NCBI GenBank assembly: GCA_029547045.1
Contig: JAKPQL010000022.1
Coordinates: 6,450-70,449 of the forward strand
Direction of reading: 5' to 3'
DNA from: Deltaproteobacteria bacterium
GTDB lineage: Bacteria > Desulfobacterota > Desulfomonilia > UBA1062
DNA: 64,000 nt
The notes beneath the pieces are model-generated. The model worked only from the letters and a program-made list of their open reading frames with translations, did no database searches and was not told where the DNA came from. Position numbers and translations under genes: made by a program. How positions within the stretch are numbered: position 1 is the stretch's first letter; each line of letters starts with the position of its first letter. Shown here piece after piece: positions 11,125-20,154 of this stretch.

Positions 11125-12614
11125 AACTGAAGAGGAAGTACGGATTCTACGGGATACTGTTCATGGTGGCGGTCTGCTCGGTCTTCGTGGGCATGTTCAT
11201 CGCCTCTGCGCTGAGGCTGGATTCGGTGAGCCAGGCAGATACCTTCTGGAAGGAAGGGGCGACCCCCTCGGCGGTGAAGGTTCCCCTGCCCGGTTTCTCC
11301 GCCCTTGCCCGGGAGGTCACCCCCACGGTGGTGAATATCCGGACCACCAGGAGCATGGGCAAGAGAGACATATACCGCCGTTTCGAGCCGCCGCCGGGCT
11401 ACGACGAGTGGTTCGACGACTTCTTCAAGAAGTTCTTCAACAACATCCCCGAGCAGGACAGGCAGCAGCGCAGCCTGGGTTCGGGTTTTATCATCTCGGC
11501 CGACGGGTACGTGCTCACCAACAACCATGTCATCTCGGGGGCCGACGAGATCTTCGTCTCACTGGCGGACAAGGAGGAGTTCCGGGCAGTGCTGGTGGGG
11601 ACCGACGACAAGACGGACATCGCGCTGATCAAGATCCAGGCCGACAAGAAAGACTTTCCCGTGGCCGTGCTCGGTGATTCCGAATCCCTGGAGATCGGGG
11701 AATGGGTCATTGCCATCGGGAACCCCTTCGGCTTCGGCCACACGCTGACCCAGGGGATCGTGTCCGCCAAGTCCAGGGTCATCGGGGCAGGGCCCTACGA
11801 CAACTTCATCCAGACCGATGCGGCCATCAATCCGGGCAACTCGGGCGGGCCCCTGATCAATGTCCAGGGGCAGGTCATCGGCATCAACACCGCCATCGTG
11901 GCCTCCGGCCAGGGGATCGGCTTCGCCACGCCCATCAACATGGCCAAGGAGATCCTGCGCGAGCTGAAGGACACCGGGGAGGTTGCCCGGGGCTGGCTCG
12001 GCGTGGCGATTCAGGAGGTGTCCCCCGAGATAGCCCGTGCCGTCGGTCTGAAGGAGGCGACGGGCGCCATGGTCACCACTGTGTACAAGGGCGACCCGGC
12101 GGATGTGGCCGGCATCAAGACCGGGGACATCATTCTGGCAATCAACGGCCAGAAGGTGCAGGACTCCCGGGCACTCACCAGGATGATCGGGAGCCTGAAA
12201 CCCGATTCCCGGGTGACCATGACGGTTTTCCGGGACGGCAAGACCTTCGATGTAACCGCGAAGCTCCAGAAGCGGGTGGACGAACATGTGGCCCAGCTCG
12301 GGAAGGGCTCCCCGCAGGAACAGGGCGTGAAGGATCCTCTGGGGCTCACGGTGACCGCAATCACCCCGGAGGTGCAGCGGGAGTTCAATATACCGGAATC
12401 CGCAGGTGTCCTGGTGACGGAAATCGATCCTGCGGGGAGCGCCGCCCGCAGCGAGGTCCAGAAGATGGACATCATCCGGGAGGTGGACCGCAGGGCGGTG
12501 AATACCGTCGATGAGTACCTGGCCGCCGTGTCTGCCAGAAAGAAGGGCCAGACCATACTGCTGCTGGTGGTGAGAGGATCCAGGCCTCTGTACGTGGCTG
12601 TAGACGTGCAGTGA
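11121..12614 (+). CDS. htrA: Periplasmic serine endoprotease DegP/HtrA (Do family, two PDZ domains)
   Basis: Signal/TM N-terminus, catalytic triad context (…NNHVI…DIALIK…GNSGGPL) and two PDZ-like regions. Confidence 0.9.
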   Translation: MKLKRKYGFYGILFMVAVCSVFVGMFIASALRLDSVSQADTFWKEGATPSAVKVPLPGFSALAREVTPTVVNIRTTRSMGKRDIYRRFEPPPGYDEWFDDFFKKFFNNIPEQDRQQRSLGSGFIISADGYVLTNNHVISGADEIFVSLADKEEFRAVLVGTDDKTDIALIKIQADKKDFPVAVLGDSESLEIGEWVIAIGNPFGFGHTLTQGIVSAKSRVIGAGPYDNFIQTDAAINPGNSGGPLINVQGQVIGINTAIVASGQGIGFATPINMAKEILRELKDTGEVARGWLGVAIQEVSPEIARAVGLKEATGAMVTTVYKGDPADVAGIKTGDIILAINGQKVQDSRALTRMIGSLKPDSRVTMTVFRDGKTFDVTAKLQKRVDEHVAQLGKGSPQEQGVKDPLGLTVTAITPEVQREFNIPESAGVLVTEIDPAGSAARSEVQKMDIIREVDRRAVNTVDEYLAAVSARKKGQTILLLVVRGSRPLYVAVDVQ

Positions 12615-13495
12615 AGGTATTCTCGCCGGCCAAGATCAACATCTACCTGGAGGTGGTCCGCAGGAGACCCGACGGGTATCATGAGCTCCGTACCATCATG
12701 GTCCCCCTGGCCTTCGGAGACGAGATCGCCATGGAGGCCCGTCCTTCGGGGGTCTCCCTTCTTGCCCCAGGCTGCGGCTGTGAGGTGGACAGGAACCTGG
12801 CATACCGGGCGGCCCGGCTTTTCTTCGACAGGACAGCCATCCGATACGGTGTATCCATAACCATCGAGAAGAGAATACCCGTGGGGGCGGGCCTCGGGGG
12901 CGGGAGCAGCAACGCCGCCAGCGTCCTCCTCGCGATGAACGAGCTGTTCCATGCGGGCCTCGACACGCAGGTCCTGGCTGCCCTGGCAGGGGAACTGGGG
13001 GCGGACTGCCCCTTCTTCATCTACCGGAGGCCCATGCTCCTGGGTTCCCGTGGCGACGTGCCCATCTGTGAGGTCGACCTCGAGGACCGCGCATATCTCA
13101 TCGTCATCCCCCCCTTCGGGATACCCACTGCACAGATTTTTTCAAAATTGCGCTTGCCATTGACTTCTGAACCGGGTAGAATTAAAATAGAAAAAACTAG
13201 TGACCGTTGCATTGTGCCCGAACACTGGGTTGTGAATGACCTGGAAAGCGTGGCGTGTACTCTGTATCCCGAGCTTACTGTAATAAAGGGGGAGCTTCTC
13301 AGTTCGGGGGCGCTGAAAGCCGGTATGTCGGGTAGCGGCTCGGCCGTCTTTGGAATTTTCCAAACCGAAGCTCACCTCTGCAGTGCAATGAGCCGCCTCA
13401 CACGGCATGAAGGGTATTCCTACATACCCACAACAAGATTGACGGGGGATATATATGGAGATTACAGAGGTCAAGGTTTTTCCGGTAAAGGATAA
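12611..13495 (+). CDS. ispE: 4-diphosphocytidyl-2-C-methyl-D-erythritol kinase
   Basis: The N-terminus MKVFSPAKINIYLEV and the GHMP-kinase motifs (PVGAGLGGGSSNAA; C-terminal MSGSGSAVFG). The stop overlaps the htrA end (ATGA-type coupling). Confidence 0.85.
   Translation: MKVFSPAKINIYLEVVRRRPDGYHELRTIMVPLAFGDEIAMEARPSGVSLLAPGCGCEVDRNLAYRAARLFFDRTAIRYGVSITIEKRIPVGAGLGGGSSNAASVLLAMNELFHAGLDTQVLAALAGELGADCPFFIYRRPMLLGSRGDVPICEVDLEDRAYLIVIPPFGIPTAQIFSKLRLPLTSEPGRIKIEKTSDRCIVPEHWVVNDLESVACTLYPELTVIKGELLSSGALKAGMSGSGSAVFGIFQTEAHLCSAMSRLTRHEGYSYIPTTRLTGDIYGDYRGQGFSGKG
13160..13188 (+). promoter_or_regulatory. Consensus-like sigma-70 promoter TTGACT-N17-TAAAAT embedded in the 3' part of ispE
   Basis: An AT-rich patch inside an otherwise GC-rich coding region. 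The -35 TTGACT (13160-13165) and -10 TAAAAT (13183-13188) have an exact 17-nt spacing. It could drive spoVG, tRNA-Gln and prs. Confidence 0.45.
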
Positions 13496-13721
13496 CGACA
13501 AGCTCAAGGCCTACGCATCCATCGTGTTCGACGACTGCTTCGTTATCCGCGACCTTCGGGTCATCAGCGGCACCACCGGGCTGTTCGTGGCCATGCCTTC
13601 CCGGAAGAGGAAGGATGGCTCGTTCCGGGACACCGCCCACCCCCTGAACATGGAGACCAGAGACAAGATAGAGAAATCCATTCTCGAGAGCTATGAACTA
13701 AAGATTGCCAACGAAGTGTAA
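13455..13721 (+). CDS. spoVG: Septation protein SpoVG
   Basis: MEITEVKVFPVK…YASIVFDDCFVIRDLRVI is the canonical SpoVG N-terminus. It overlaps the ispE 3' end by about 40 nt. Confidence 0.85.
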   Translation: MEITEVKVFPVKDNDKLKAYASIVFDDCFVIRDLRVISGTTGLFVAMPSRKRKDGSFRDTAHPLNMETRDKIEKSILESYELKIANEV

Positions 13722-13738
13722 TTCTACTATAGTGCGCT

Positions 13739-13751
13739 CCCGGTAACCGGA
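13739..13751. repeat. 13-bp direct repeat CCCGGTAACCGGA, copy 1 (22 nt upstream of tRNA-Gln)
   Basis: An exact copy recurs at 13893-13905 downstream of the tRNA. The core CCGG-TAA-CCGG is near-palindromic. Confidence 0.4.
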
Positions 13752-13772
13752 TGGATGGCTTCCAAAGGGTAC

Positions 13773-13846
13773 TGGGATGTCGTCTAATGGCAGGACACGA
13801 GATTTTGGATCTCGTTATGGAGGTTCGAATCCTCCCGTCCCAGCCA
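13773..13846 (+). tRNA. tRNA-Gln (anticodon UUG)
   Basis: Manually folded cloverleaf: 7-bp acceptor stem (UGGGAUG/CGUCCCA), 3-bp D-stem, anticodon stem CGAGA/UCUCG with loop UUUUGGA (anticodon UUG), T-arm GGAGG-UUCGAAU-CCUCC, discriminator G, 3' CCA. The overall pattern matches bacterial tRNA-Gln (UGGG…CCCAGCCA). Confidence 0.8.
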
Positions 13847-13871
13847 TGATCTCTCAAGCGAGACTGTCTGC

Positions 13872-13890
13872 GCGAAGCAATTCGCTTCGC
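13872..13890 (+). repeat. Hairpin GCGAAGC-AATTC-GCTTCGC downstream of tRNA-Gln
   Basis: Perfect 7-bp inverted repeat with a 5-nt loop and no U-tract. It could be a tRNA 3' processing or terminator structure. Confidence 0.35.
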
Positions 13891-13892
13891 AT

Positions 13893-13905
13893 CCCGGTAA
13901 CCGGA
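13893..13905. repeat. 13-bp direct repeat CCCGGTAACCGGA, copy 2
   Basis: Exact repeat of 13739-13751. Confidence 0.4.
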
Positions 13906-14024
13906 GGAGCACCCAGGACGGGCGGGGTACAACCGCACGAGCAAGACGCAGCACGGCTCTCACCCAGGTCTGGCGGCTGCTGGCCGTCAATCCCGTTCCA
14001 TCCTGCACCGGAAAGGAAGGCGCT

Positions 14025-14966
14025 ATGAACTCGAGCATCTGTATCCTTGCAGGGAATTCCCACCGGCAGCTCACCGAGAGCATCTGCGCGATCCTCGACT
14101 GCCCGGTGGGCCGTGGCGAAGTGAAACGCTTCTCCGACGGGGAGACATCGGTGGATATCCACGAGAGCATCCGCGGGAAGGACATCTTCATCGTCCAGTC
14201 CACCTGCTCCCCCACCAACGAGCACCTCATGGAACTCCTGGTCATGCTCGACGCCACGAAGCGCGCCTCAGCGAAGCGGATCACCGCGGTCATGCCCTAC
14301 TTCGGATACGCCCGCCAGGACCGCAAGGCATCGCCCCGGGCTCCCATCACGGCAAAGCTCGTGGCCAACCTTCTCACCGTGTCAGGCGCGGACAGGGTGC
14401 TCACCATGGATCTCCATGCAGGGCAGATCCAGGGGTTCTTCGATATCCCGGTGGACAACCTCTACGCGAAGCCCGTGATGCTGAACTACATCCGCGACAA
14501 GTTCCCGGACGACCTCTGCATCGTGGCCCCCGACGCGGGCGGCGTGGAGAGGGCACGGGCATACGCCAAGCCGCTCAAGGCCGATCTCGCCATCATCGAC
14601 AAGAGGCGGGAGCGGGCCAACGAATCCAATGTCATGCACATCATCGGTGATGTGAAGAACAAGATCTGCCTCATCGTGGACGACATCGTGGATACCGCGG
14701 GCACGCTCACCAACGGCGTCAGCGCGCTCATGGACGCGGGCGCGAGCAAGGTCGTGGCATGCTGCACGCACCCGGTGCTGTCAGGACCTGCCATCAGCCG
14801 CCTCACCTCGTCAAGCATAGGGGAGCTCATCGTCACCGACACCATCCCCCTGAGGGACGAGGCCCAGGCGTGCGGCAAGGTCACGGTTCTCACCGTGGCT
14901 CCGCTGCTCGCCGAGGCCATCAAGAGGATCTACACGGGCTCATCGGTGAGCGAGCTGTTCCTCTAG
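14025..14966 (+). CDS. prs: Ribose-phosphate pyrophosphokinase
   Basis: The N-terminus MNSSICILAGNS…, the PRPP-binding motif DLHAGQIQGFF and the P-loop region …IVDDIVDTAGT. Confidence 0.9.
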   Translation: MNSSICILAGNSHRQLTESICAILDCPVGRGEVKRFSDGETSVDIHESIRGKDIFIVQSTCSPTNEHLMELLVMLDATKRASAKRITAVMPYFGYARQDRKASPRAPITAKLVANLLTVSGADRVLTMDLHAGQIQGFFDIPVDNLYAKPVMLNYIRDKFPDDLCIVAPDAGGVERARAYAKPLKADLAIIDKRRERANESNVMHIIGDVKNKICLIVDDIVDTAGTLTNGVSALMDAGASKVVACCTHPVLSGPAISRLTSSSIGELIVTDTIPLRDEAQACGKVTVLTVAPLLAEAIKRIYTGSSVSELFL

Positions 14967-16462
14967 CGGTTGAGCGTTTCAGGCCTGTACTGGAGCGCCT
15001 CCGCCACGTGGGATTCCCGGATGTCCGCATGACCCTCCAGGTCCGCAATGGTCCGGGAGACCTTGATGACCCTGGCCAGCCCCCGCATGCTCAGGCCGTA
15101 CCGCTTCATGGCCGAGGTCAGCAGCGACTTCGAGGCGCTGCCCAGCGGGGATACGGCTCTCATCATGCCCTGTGGGATCGCCGCATTCAGGAAACCCCGT
15201 GCGTGCTGTTTCGCCCTGACAGCGGCGATCCTGTCCCGGACAGGGTTCGATGTCGGGTTGCTGCTGTCCGAAAGGGCGTTTTCCGCTTCCACCGGATCCA
15301 CCCAGACATGGAGATCGATGCGGTCCAGCAGCGGTCCGGAAATCCGTGACCGGTACCTGTCCACCAGCAGAGGCGGGCACCTGCATTCCCTGGACGGGTG
15401 CCCGAGATAGCCGCAGGGGCAGGGGTTCATGGCCGCTATGAGCTGGAAGGCCGCCGGGAAGGTGAAAGCGGAGCCTGCCCGGGAAACGGTGACGGTACCG
15501 TCTTCCATGGGCTGGCGCAGGGCCTCCAGTGAGCTCCGCCGGAACTCGGGGAATTCGTCCAGGAACAGCACGCCCGTGTGGGCAAGGCTCACCTCTCCCG
15601 GGGTGGGCATCGAACCGCCCCCGATGAGCCCTGCATCAGAGATGGTGTGGTGGGGGGACCTGAAGGGCCTGGTCCGGATGACCCCGTTCCTGGGGAGCCT
15701 CCCTGCGGCGGAATAGATGGCAGTGCACGCAAGAACCTCGTCGCGGCTCAGTGGGGGGAGGATCGAGGGGAGCCGTCGGGCGAGCATGGACTTGCCTGCG
15801 CCGGGAGGTCCTGTCATGAGGAGGTTGTGGCCGCCTGCCGCGGCGATCTCCAGGGCGCGCTTGGCAAGTCCCTGGCCGACGATGTCGGAGAGATCGAGAT
15901 CTGAGGTGGCGGGTTCGGGTGGATCCTGGGAGAGCCCCCTCGCAGTGCAGCTCTCCCCGGTCCGCAGGAAGGCGAAGGCCTCCTGCAGGCTCTTCACCGC
16001 GATGACCTCCACCTCTGCGAGGGACGCCTCCCGCGTGTTCTGCTCCGGGCATATGATGCCCCTGATGCCCATCCGCCGTGCCAGGAACGCCGCCGAGATG
16101 ACCCCGCGCACGGGCCGCACGCTGCCGTCGAGGCCGAGTTCGCCCACGATGAGGTACTGGTCCAGAAGGGCCTTCGGGAGGTGCCCCAGGGCGGCGAGGA
16201 TGGAAACCGCCACCGGGAGGTCGAAGGTACCGCCCTCCTTCCGCACGTCGGCAGGGGCGAGGTTCACGGTGATGCGCCGGGGCGGAAACTCGAGACCCGA
16301 GTTCTGGATGGCCGATCTCACCCGCTCCCTGCTCTCCTTCACGGAAGAGTCGGGCAGACCCACGATGGAGATGCTCGGCAGACCTCCCTGGATATCGGCT
16401 TCCACCATCACACCAAGCGCATCAGTCCCCCACAGGGTGGCTGAGTGGACGCTTGCAATCAT
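14963..16462 (-). CDS. yifB: YifB/ComM family Mg-chelatase-like AAA+ ATPase
   Basis: Lon-like N-domain, Walker A GPPGAGKS, and the MCM-type and C-terminal Mg-chelatase domains. The alternative upstream start is 16492. The stop overlaps the prs stop in a convergent CTAG. Confidence 0.85.
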   Translation of the reverse strand: MIASVHSATLWGTDALGVMVEADIQGGLPSISIVGLPDSSVKESRERVRSAIQNSGLEFPPRRITVNLAPADVRKEGGTFDLPVAVSILAALGHLPKALLDQYLIVGELGLDGSVRPVRGVISAAFLARRMGIRGIICPEQNTREASLAEVEVIAVKSLQEAFAFLRTGESCTARGLSQDPPEPATSDLDLSDIVGQGLAKRALEIAAAGGHNLLMTGPPGAGKSMLARRLPSILPPLSRDEVLACTAIYSAAGRLPRNGVIRTRPFRSPHHTISDAGLIGGGSMPTPGEVSLAHTGVLFLDEFPEFRRSSLEALRQPMEDGTVTVSRAGSAFTFPAAFQLIAAMNPCPCGYLGHPSRECRCPPLLVDRYRSRISGPLLDRIDLHVWVDPVEAENALSDSSNPTSNPVRDRIAAVRAKQHARGFLNAAIPQGMMRAVSPLGSASKSLLTSAMKRYGLSMRGLARVIKVSRTIADLEGHADIRESHVAEALQYRPETLNR

Positions 16463-16659
16463 TATGATGCATTTTACCAGATTCGCGGCCAAAGGTTCAA
16501 GGGCGCAGAAATCGGGATATCCGGGTATCCGCCCCCGTTGTGTTTTCCGCCCAGAAGCACAGTGCAGGAACTTGTCATGCTCACCCGTTCATGGCATACC
16601 TCGGCCGTGCTGTGGAGACCCCTGGCTTGAACCCGCCATGGCGCTTCGCATCTCTTGAG

Positions 16660-16691
16660 CGAAAAAGGGCGGGCCATGATAGCCCGCCCTT
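16660..16691 (-). terminator. Rho-independent terminator on the minus strand (AAGGGCGGGC-7 nt-GCCCGCCCTT followed by TTTCGCTC)
   Basis: 10-bp GC-rich stem followed by a 5-T run on the minus strand. It lies between the AEC transporter gene and yifB. Confidence 0.5.
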
Positions 16692-17051
16692 GGTGAATGC
16701 GCAAAGTGCCGGTCCGGCGGCCGGGTTGTGAGGTCCATTGAGTCAAACAGGGTCAGTGGATCGTGCCCTGATAGGCCCCACCACGCCTTGCCTTGCCGTG
16801 CCTGCCATGCCACGGCTTGCTCTGCCCAGCCTTAACGCGCCTGACCTTTGAGCGATCTTCGCGCATTCGTAATGGTAATAATAACTGCCAGCAAGGCCGT
16901 GTCAAGGGGGGGCATGAAATAATATGAAAAAAATGCGAAATGAAAGCATTGTCATATCAAATAGATGCATCTCCGAAAGATAGTTGAAAAAATGATGTGT
17001 AAAGGCGAGGGGTTCCGTATGCCTGCAATACCTGCTCATCCACGGATCCGT

Positions 17052-17990
17052 TCACGGGCTGAAGAACCAGGAGAAGACCATGAGCATGGCGGGCAGGCTC
17101 GCCAGGGAGAACAGGAAGCTCGCCACCATGAACTGGTTTACGATGCCCCGGTTTCCGCCTTCCCTCTCCACGATGATGGGAATGGCGGTCACCGGGGGGA
17201 CCGCGGCATGCATCATGATGATGAACGCCACCGGGTAGGGCGGCCGCACGAGCAGGAGCACCCCGAGGGTGGCCAGGGGGAACACGAGGTTCTTCAGGAG
17301 GATGAACTTCAGGTTCTCGAGATACGCGGGTCTTCCACTCTCCCTCATGTCGATGTAGATGTTTCCCCCGAGGACGAGCATCAGCAGGGGCACTGCCATG
17401 GCACCCACCACTTTGAGTCCGTCGGAGAGGAACCTGGGTACCAGTGTTTCCAGGCCTGCAAGGCGCAGGACCACGGCCAGGACGGTGGCGACGAGTACCG
17501 GGTTGAAGACCTTTGCGGGATCCATCTTGATCCCCTTGCTGAAGAACAGGGGGGCTGCGTTGAAGAAGAAGGCCGGGTAGAACAAGGTGAAGAGGAACAG
17601 CTCCACAAGGAGCGTGGAGTTGGTGCCGTACATCCCGGCAATGATGGCCAGCGGAAAGAAGATGCCGTTCTGGAAGAGCAGGCTCACCCGGAACTCGCGC
17701 CGGTATTCTGGCTTGGCCACGAGGGAGAACACGGACGAGAGGAAAAGGAACAGCACAGTGGAGCCGAGCCACCACAGGGGCAGGGTCCACCACGAGGTGT
17801 TCTCCTCGGGATGGAAGTTGCTCAGGATGCCGGTGAAGGTGAGGCAGGGGAGCGCGATGTCGATGGCCAGCACCGAAAGCGGCCCCAGGACGGAGCCCGC
17901 GATCACGCGCCTGCTCAGCATCCAGTACCCCATGATGCCGATGGTGAGCAGCATGGCAACGGCGGTGAAGGTGGTCAGGAAGACGTCCAT
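17052..17990 (-). CDS. AEC family (auxin efflux carrier / malate permease-like) transporter
   Basis: 313 aa polytopic membrane protein starting MDVFLTTFTAVAMLL. The annotated 415-aa ORF's N-terminal extension overlaps the upstream gene and is rejected. Confidence 0.8.
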   Translation of the reverse strand: MDVFLTTFTAVAMLLTIGIMGYWMLSRRVIAGSVLGPLSVLAIDIALPCLTFTGILSNFHPEENTSWWTLPLWWLGSTVLFLFLSSVFSLVAKPEYRREFRVSLLFQNGIFFPLAIIAGMYGTNSTLLVELFLFTLFYPAFFFNAAPLFFSKGIKMDPAKVFNPVLVATVLAVVLRLAGLETLVPRFLSDGLKVVGAMAVPLLMLVLGGNIYIDMRESGRPAYLENLKFILLKNLVFPLATLGVLLLVRPPYPVAFIIMMHAAVPPVTAIPIIVEREGGNRGIVNQFMVASFLFSLASLPAMLMVFSWFFSP

Positions 17991-18009
17991 GCACCCTCTT
18001 TCATATGAA

Positions 18010-20058
18010 TCACCCCAGGGATTCAAGCAGTTTTTCCGGGTCCGTGACGGGCTCCAGGCAGGTGGAGCCCCTGCATACATAAGCAGTTGCCCGTCCGTTG
18101 ACGGGTTTCTTCCCCTGGAGCAGCGGGTTTGATCCCTGTCCCGAAGCATCCGGTGCGAGCAGGATCGAGGCCCGGGGGAGGAACCGGCTGTGGACAGCCT
18201 CGACCATGGCCCTGGTGTCTTCCCTGGCCGGGTCTCCCGCGATGACCACCTCCATGGCCGGACCCGCCAGTGCGTCCAGGCCGCACAGCATGAATGCATG
18301 CGCAGATGGGGCCTGCCCGACAGGGAGGGAGAAGGCCCGGCCCAGCTCCATTGCCCTTTCTCTCAGGCCATGGTCTCCCTGAAGGCCTGCAAGCCTGACG
18401 AGATTGAGCATGGTCACGGAGCTGCCCGAGGGCAGTGCGTTGTCGTAGGCGGTCATGGTGCGGACCATGGGCACATCGGTGTCGTCCGCGGTGGTGAAGA
18501 ACCCGCCTGAGGACGGATCTGAAAAGTGAGTCGCGAGGGTGGAAGTGAAGGAGGCCGCGGTCTCCAGGTAACGCATCTCGAAGGTTGCCTCATAGAGCTC
18601 GATGAGCCCCCAGGTGAGAAAGGCGTAGTCGTCCAGGCCGGCATCCACCGAGGTTTGCCCGTTCACGAACACGTGCCTGAGTCTGCCCTTTTCCACCATG
18701 TTCTCCAGGATGAAATCCGCCGCGTGCGTTGCCGCGCTCAGGTAGTCGGTCCTGTGGAACACGGCCCCGGCCCTGGCCAGGGCTGCAATCATGAGGCCGT
18801 TCCAGTCGGTGAGGGCCTTGGTGTCCTTGAAGGGACGCTGTCTCTGCGCCCGCGCCGCTCTGAGGTCGGCCAGAACCCGCCGGATCCGGTTGGACAGCAC
18901 CTCCGTGGTCATGCCGAGCCGACCGGCAAGGGAGGAGGACTTTTGGGCCAGGTGGATGATGGTGAGTCCATGCTCGCCGGGGACATTCCCCTCCTCCCGC
19001 AGGCCGAAGGCCTCCCGTGCAAGGTCAAAGGAGGTCTCGTCCAGAACTAAGCGGAGTTCCCGCTCAGTCCATAGATAGAACCTCCCTTCGCCTCCCTCGC
19101 TGTCCGCGTCCTCGGCGCTGGCGAACAGGCCTTCCCTGGTGCGCAGGTCCCGGAGCACGTAGTCGATGGTGTCCCGGGCGGTCTGCCCGAAGGTGTCCCT
19201 CCCGGTCACCTGGAAGGCCTCGGTATAGGCCAGCGCGAGCAGTGCCTGGTCGTAGAGCATCTTCTCGAAGTGCGGCACGAGCCACTGCCGGTCCGTGGCA
19301 TAGCGGTGGAACCCGGAGCCCACGTGGTCGTGGATGCCGCCCGAACGCATGGCATCGAGGGTCTTGACGGCCATGTCCAGGGCCTCCCTGCTGCCCGTTC
19401 TGCAGGAATACCGCAGCAGGAACATGATTGTCTGGGGCATGGGGAACTTGGGCGCAGTGCCGAAGCCGCCGAAGACAGGGTCAACCCTCGCCCGCAGCTC
19501 CTCGAAGGCCTTGTCCAGGAGACGGGGATCCAGATCCCCACCCGGCCTCACCTCGGATGCACGCCGGACGAGCCGGGACATCTCGGCGGCTTCGCTCACC
19601 ACACGGTCTTTCTTCTCCTTCCAGAGCCGCTCTACGGCATCGATGAGTTCCATCATGCCCATGATACCCTGACGTGTGTGCTTGGGCAGGAAGGTGGCGG
19701 CGAAGAAGGGCTGCCTGTCCGGGGTCACTATGACGCTCAGGGGCCAGCCCCCGCTGCCCGTGAGGAGCTGGCAGGCCTGCATGTACACGGCGTCTATGTG
19801 GGGCAGTTCCTCCCGGTCCACCTTGATGTTGATGAACGCGTCGTTCATGCGGGAGGCGACCTCGTGGTCCTCGAAACACTCACGGGCCATGACGTGGCAC
19901 CAGTGGCACGACGAGTAGCCGATGGAGAGGAAGACCGGCTTGTCCTGGGACCTGGCAAGTGCGAAGGCCTCGTCTCCCCAGGGGAACCAGTCCACCGGGT
20001 TGTCTGCGTGCTGGAGGAGGTAGGGGCTCTGTTCCGATGCGAGCCTGTTGGGCGCCAT
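18010..20058 (-). CDS. Thioredoxin-domain protein YyaL (DUF255 + six-hairpin glycosidase-like domain)
   Basis: The N-terminus [22 protein letters not shown]…[13 protein letters not shown] is the characteristic DUF255/thioredoxin-like motif. Length is about 680 aa. Confidence 0.85.
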   Translation of the reverse strand: MAPNRLASEQSPYLLQHADNPVDWFPWGDEAFALARSQDKPVFLSIGYSSCHWCHVMARECFEDHEVASRMNDAFINIKVDREELPHIDAVYMQACQLLTGSGGWPLSVIVTPDRQPFFAATFLPKHTRQGIMGMMELIDAVERLWKEKKDRVVSEAAEMSRLVRRASEVRPGGDLDPRLLDKAFEELRARVDPVFGGFGTAPKFPMPQTIMFLLRYSCRTGSREALDMAVKTLDAMRSGGIHDHVGSGFHRYATDRQWLVPHFEKMLYDQALLALAYTEAFQVTGRDTFGQTARDTIDYVLRDLRTREGLFASAEDADSEGGEGRFYLWTERELRLVLDETSFDLAREAFGLREEGNVPGEHGLTIIHLAQKSSSLAGRLGMTTEVLSNRIRRVLADLRAARAQRQRPFKDTKALTDWNGLMIAALARAGAVFHRTDYLSAATHAADFILENMVEKGRLRHVFVNGQTSVDAGLDDYAFLTWGLIELYEATFEMRYLETAASFTSTLATHFSDPSSGGFFTTADDTDVPMVRTMTAYDNALPSGSSVTMLNLVRLAGLQGDHGLRERAMELGRAFSLPVGQAPSAHAFMLCGLDALAGPAMEVVIAGDPAREDTRAMVEAVHSRFLPRASILLAPDASGQGSNPLLQGKKPVNGRATAYVCRGSTCLEPVTDPEKLLESLG

Positions 20059-20154
20059 AGGGGGTTCCTCCCGGTCTTGTTCGCACGGCATTTCCCGTTC
20101 AATAGGGCCCGCCGTTCGCCCGTTCAAGGCGGATGGGGGTACCCTGCTCGGAGG

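Noticed and set aside
13777-14028. 83-aa ORF overlapping tRNA-Gln
   Set aside because: The region folds into a canonical tRNA. The ORF has no RBS and covers the tRNA and its flanking repeats.
17991-18299. N-terminal extension of the AEC transporter ORF
   Set aside because: It overlaps the 3' end of the YyaL gene. The membrane protein begins cleanly at MDVFLTT (17990).
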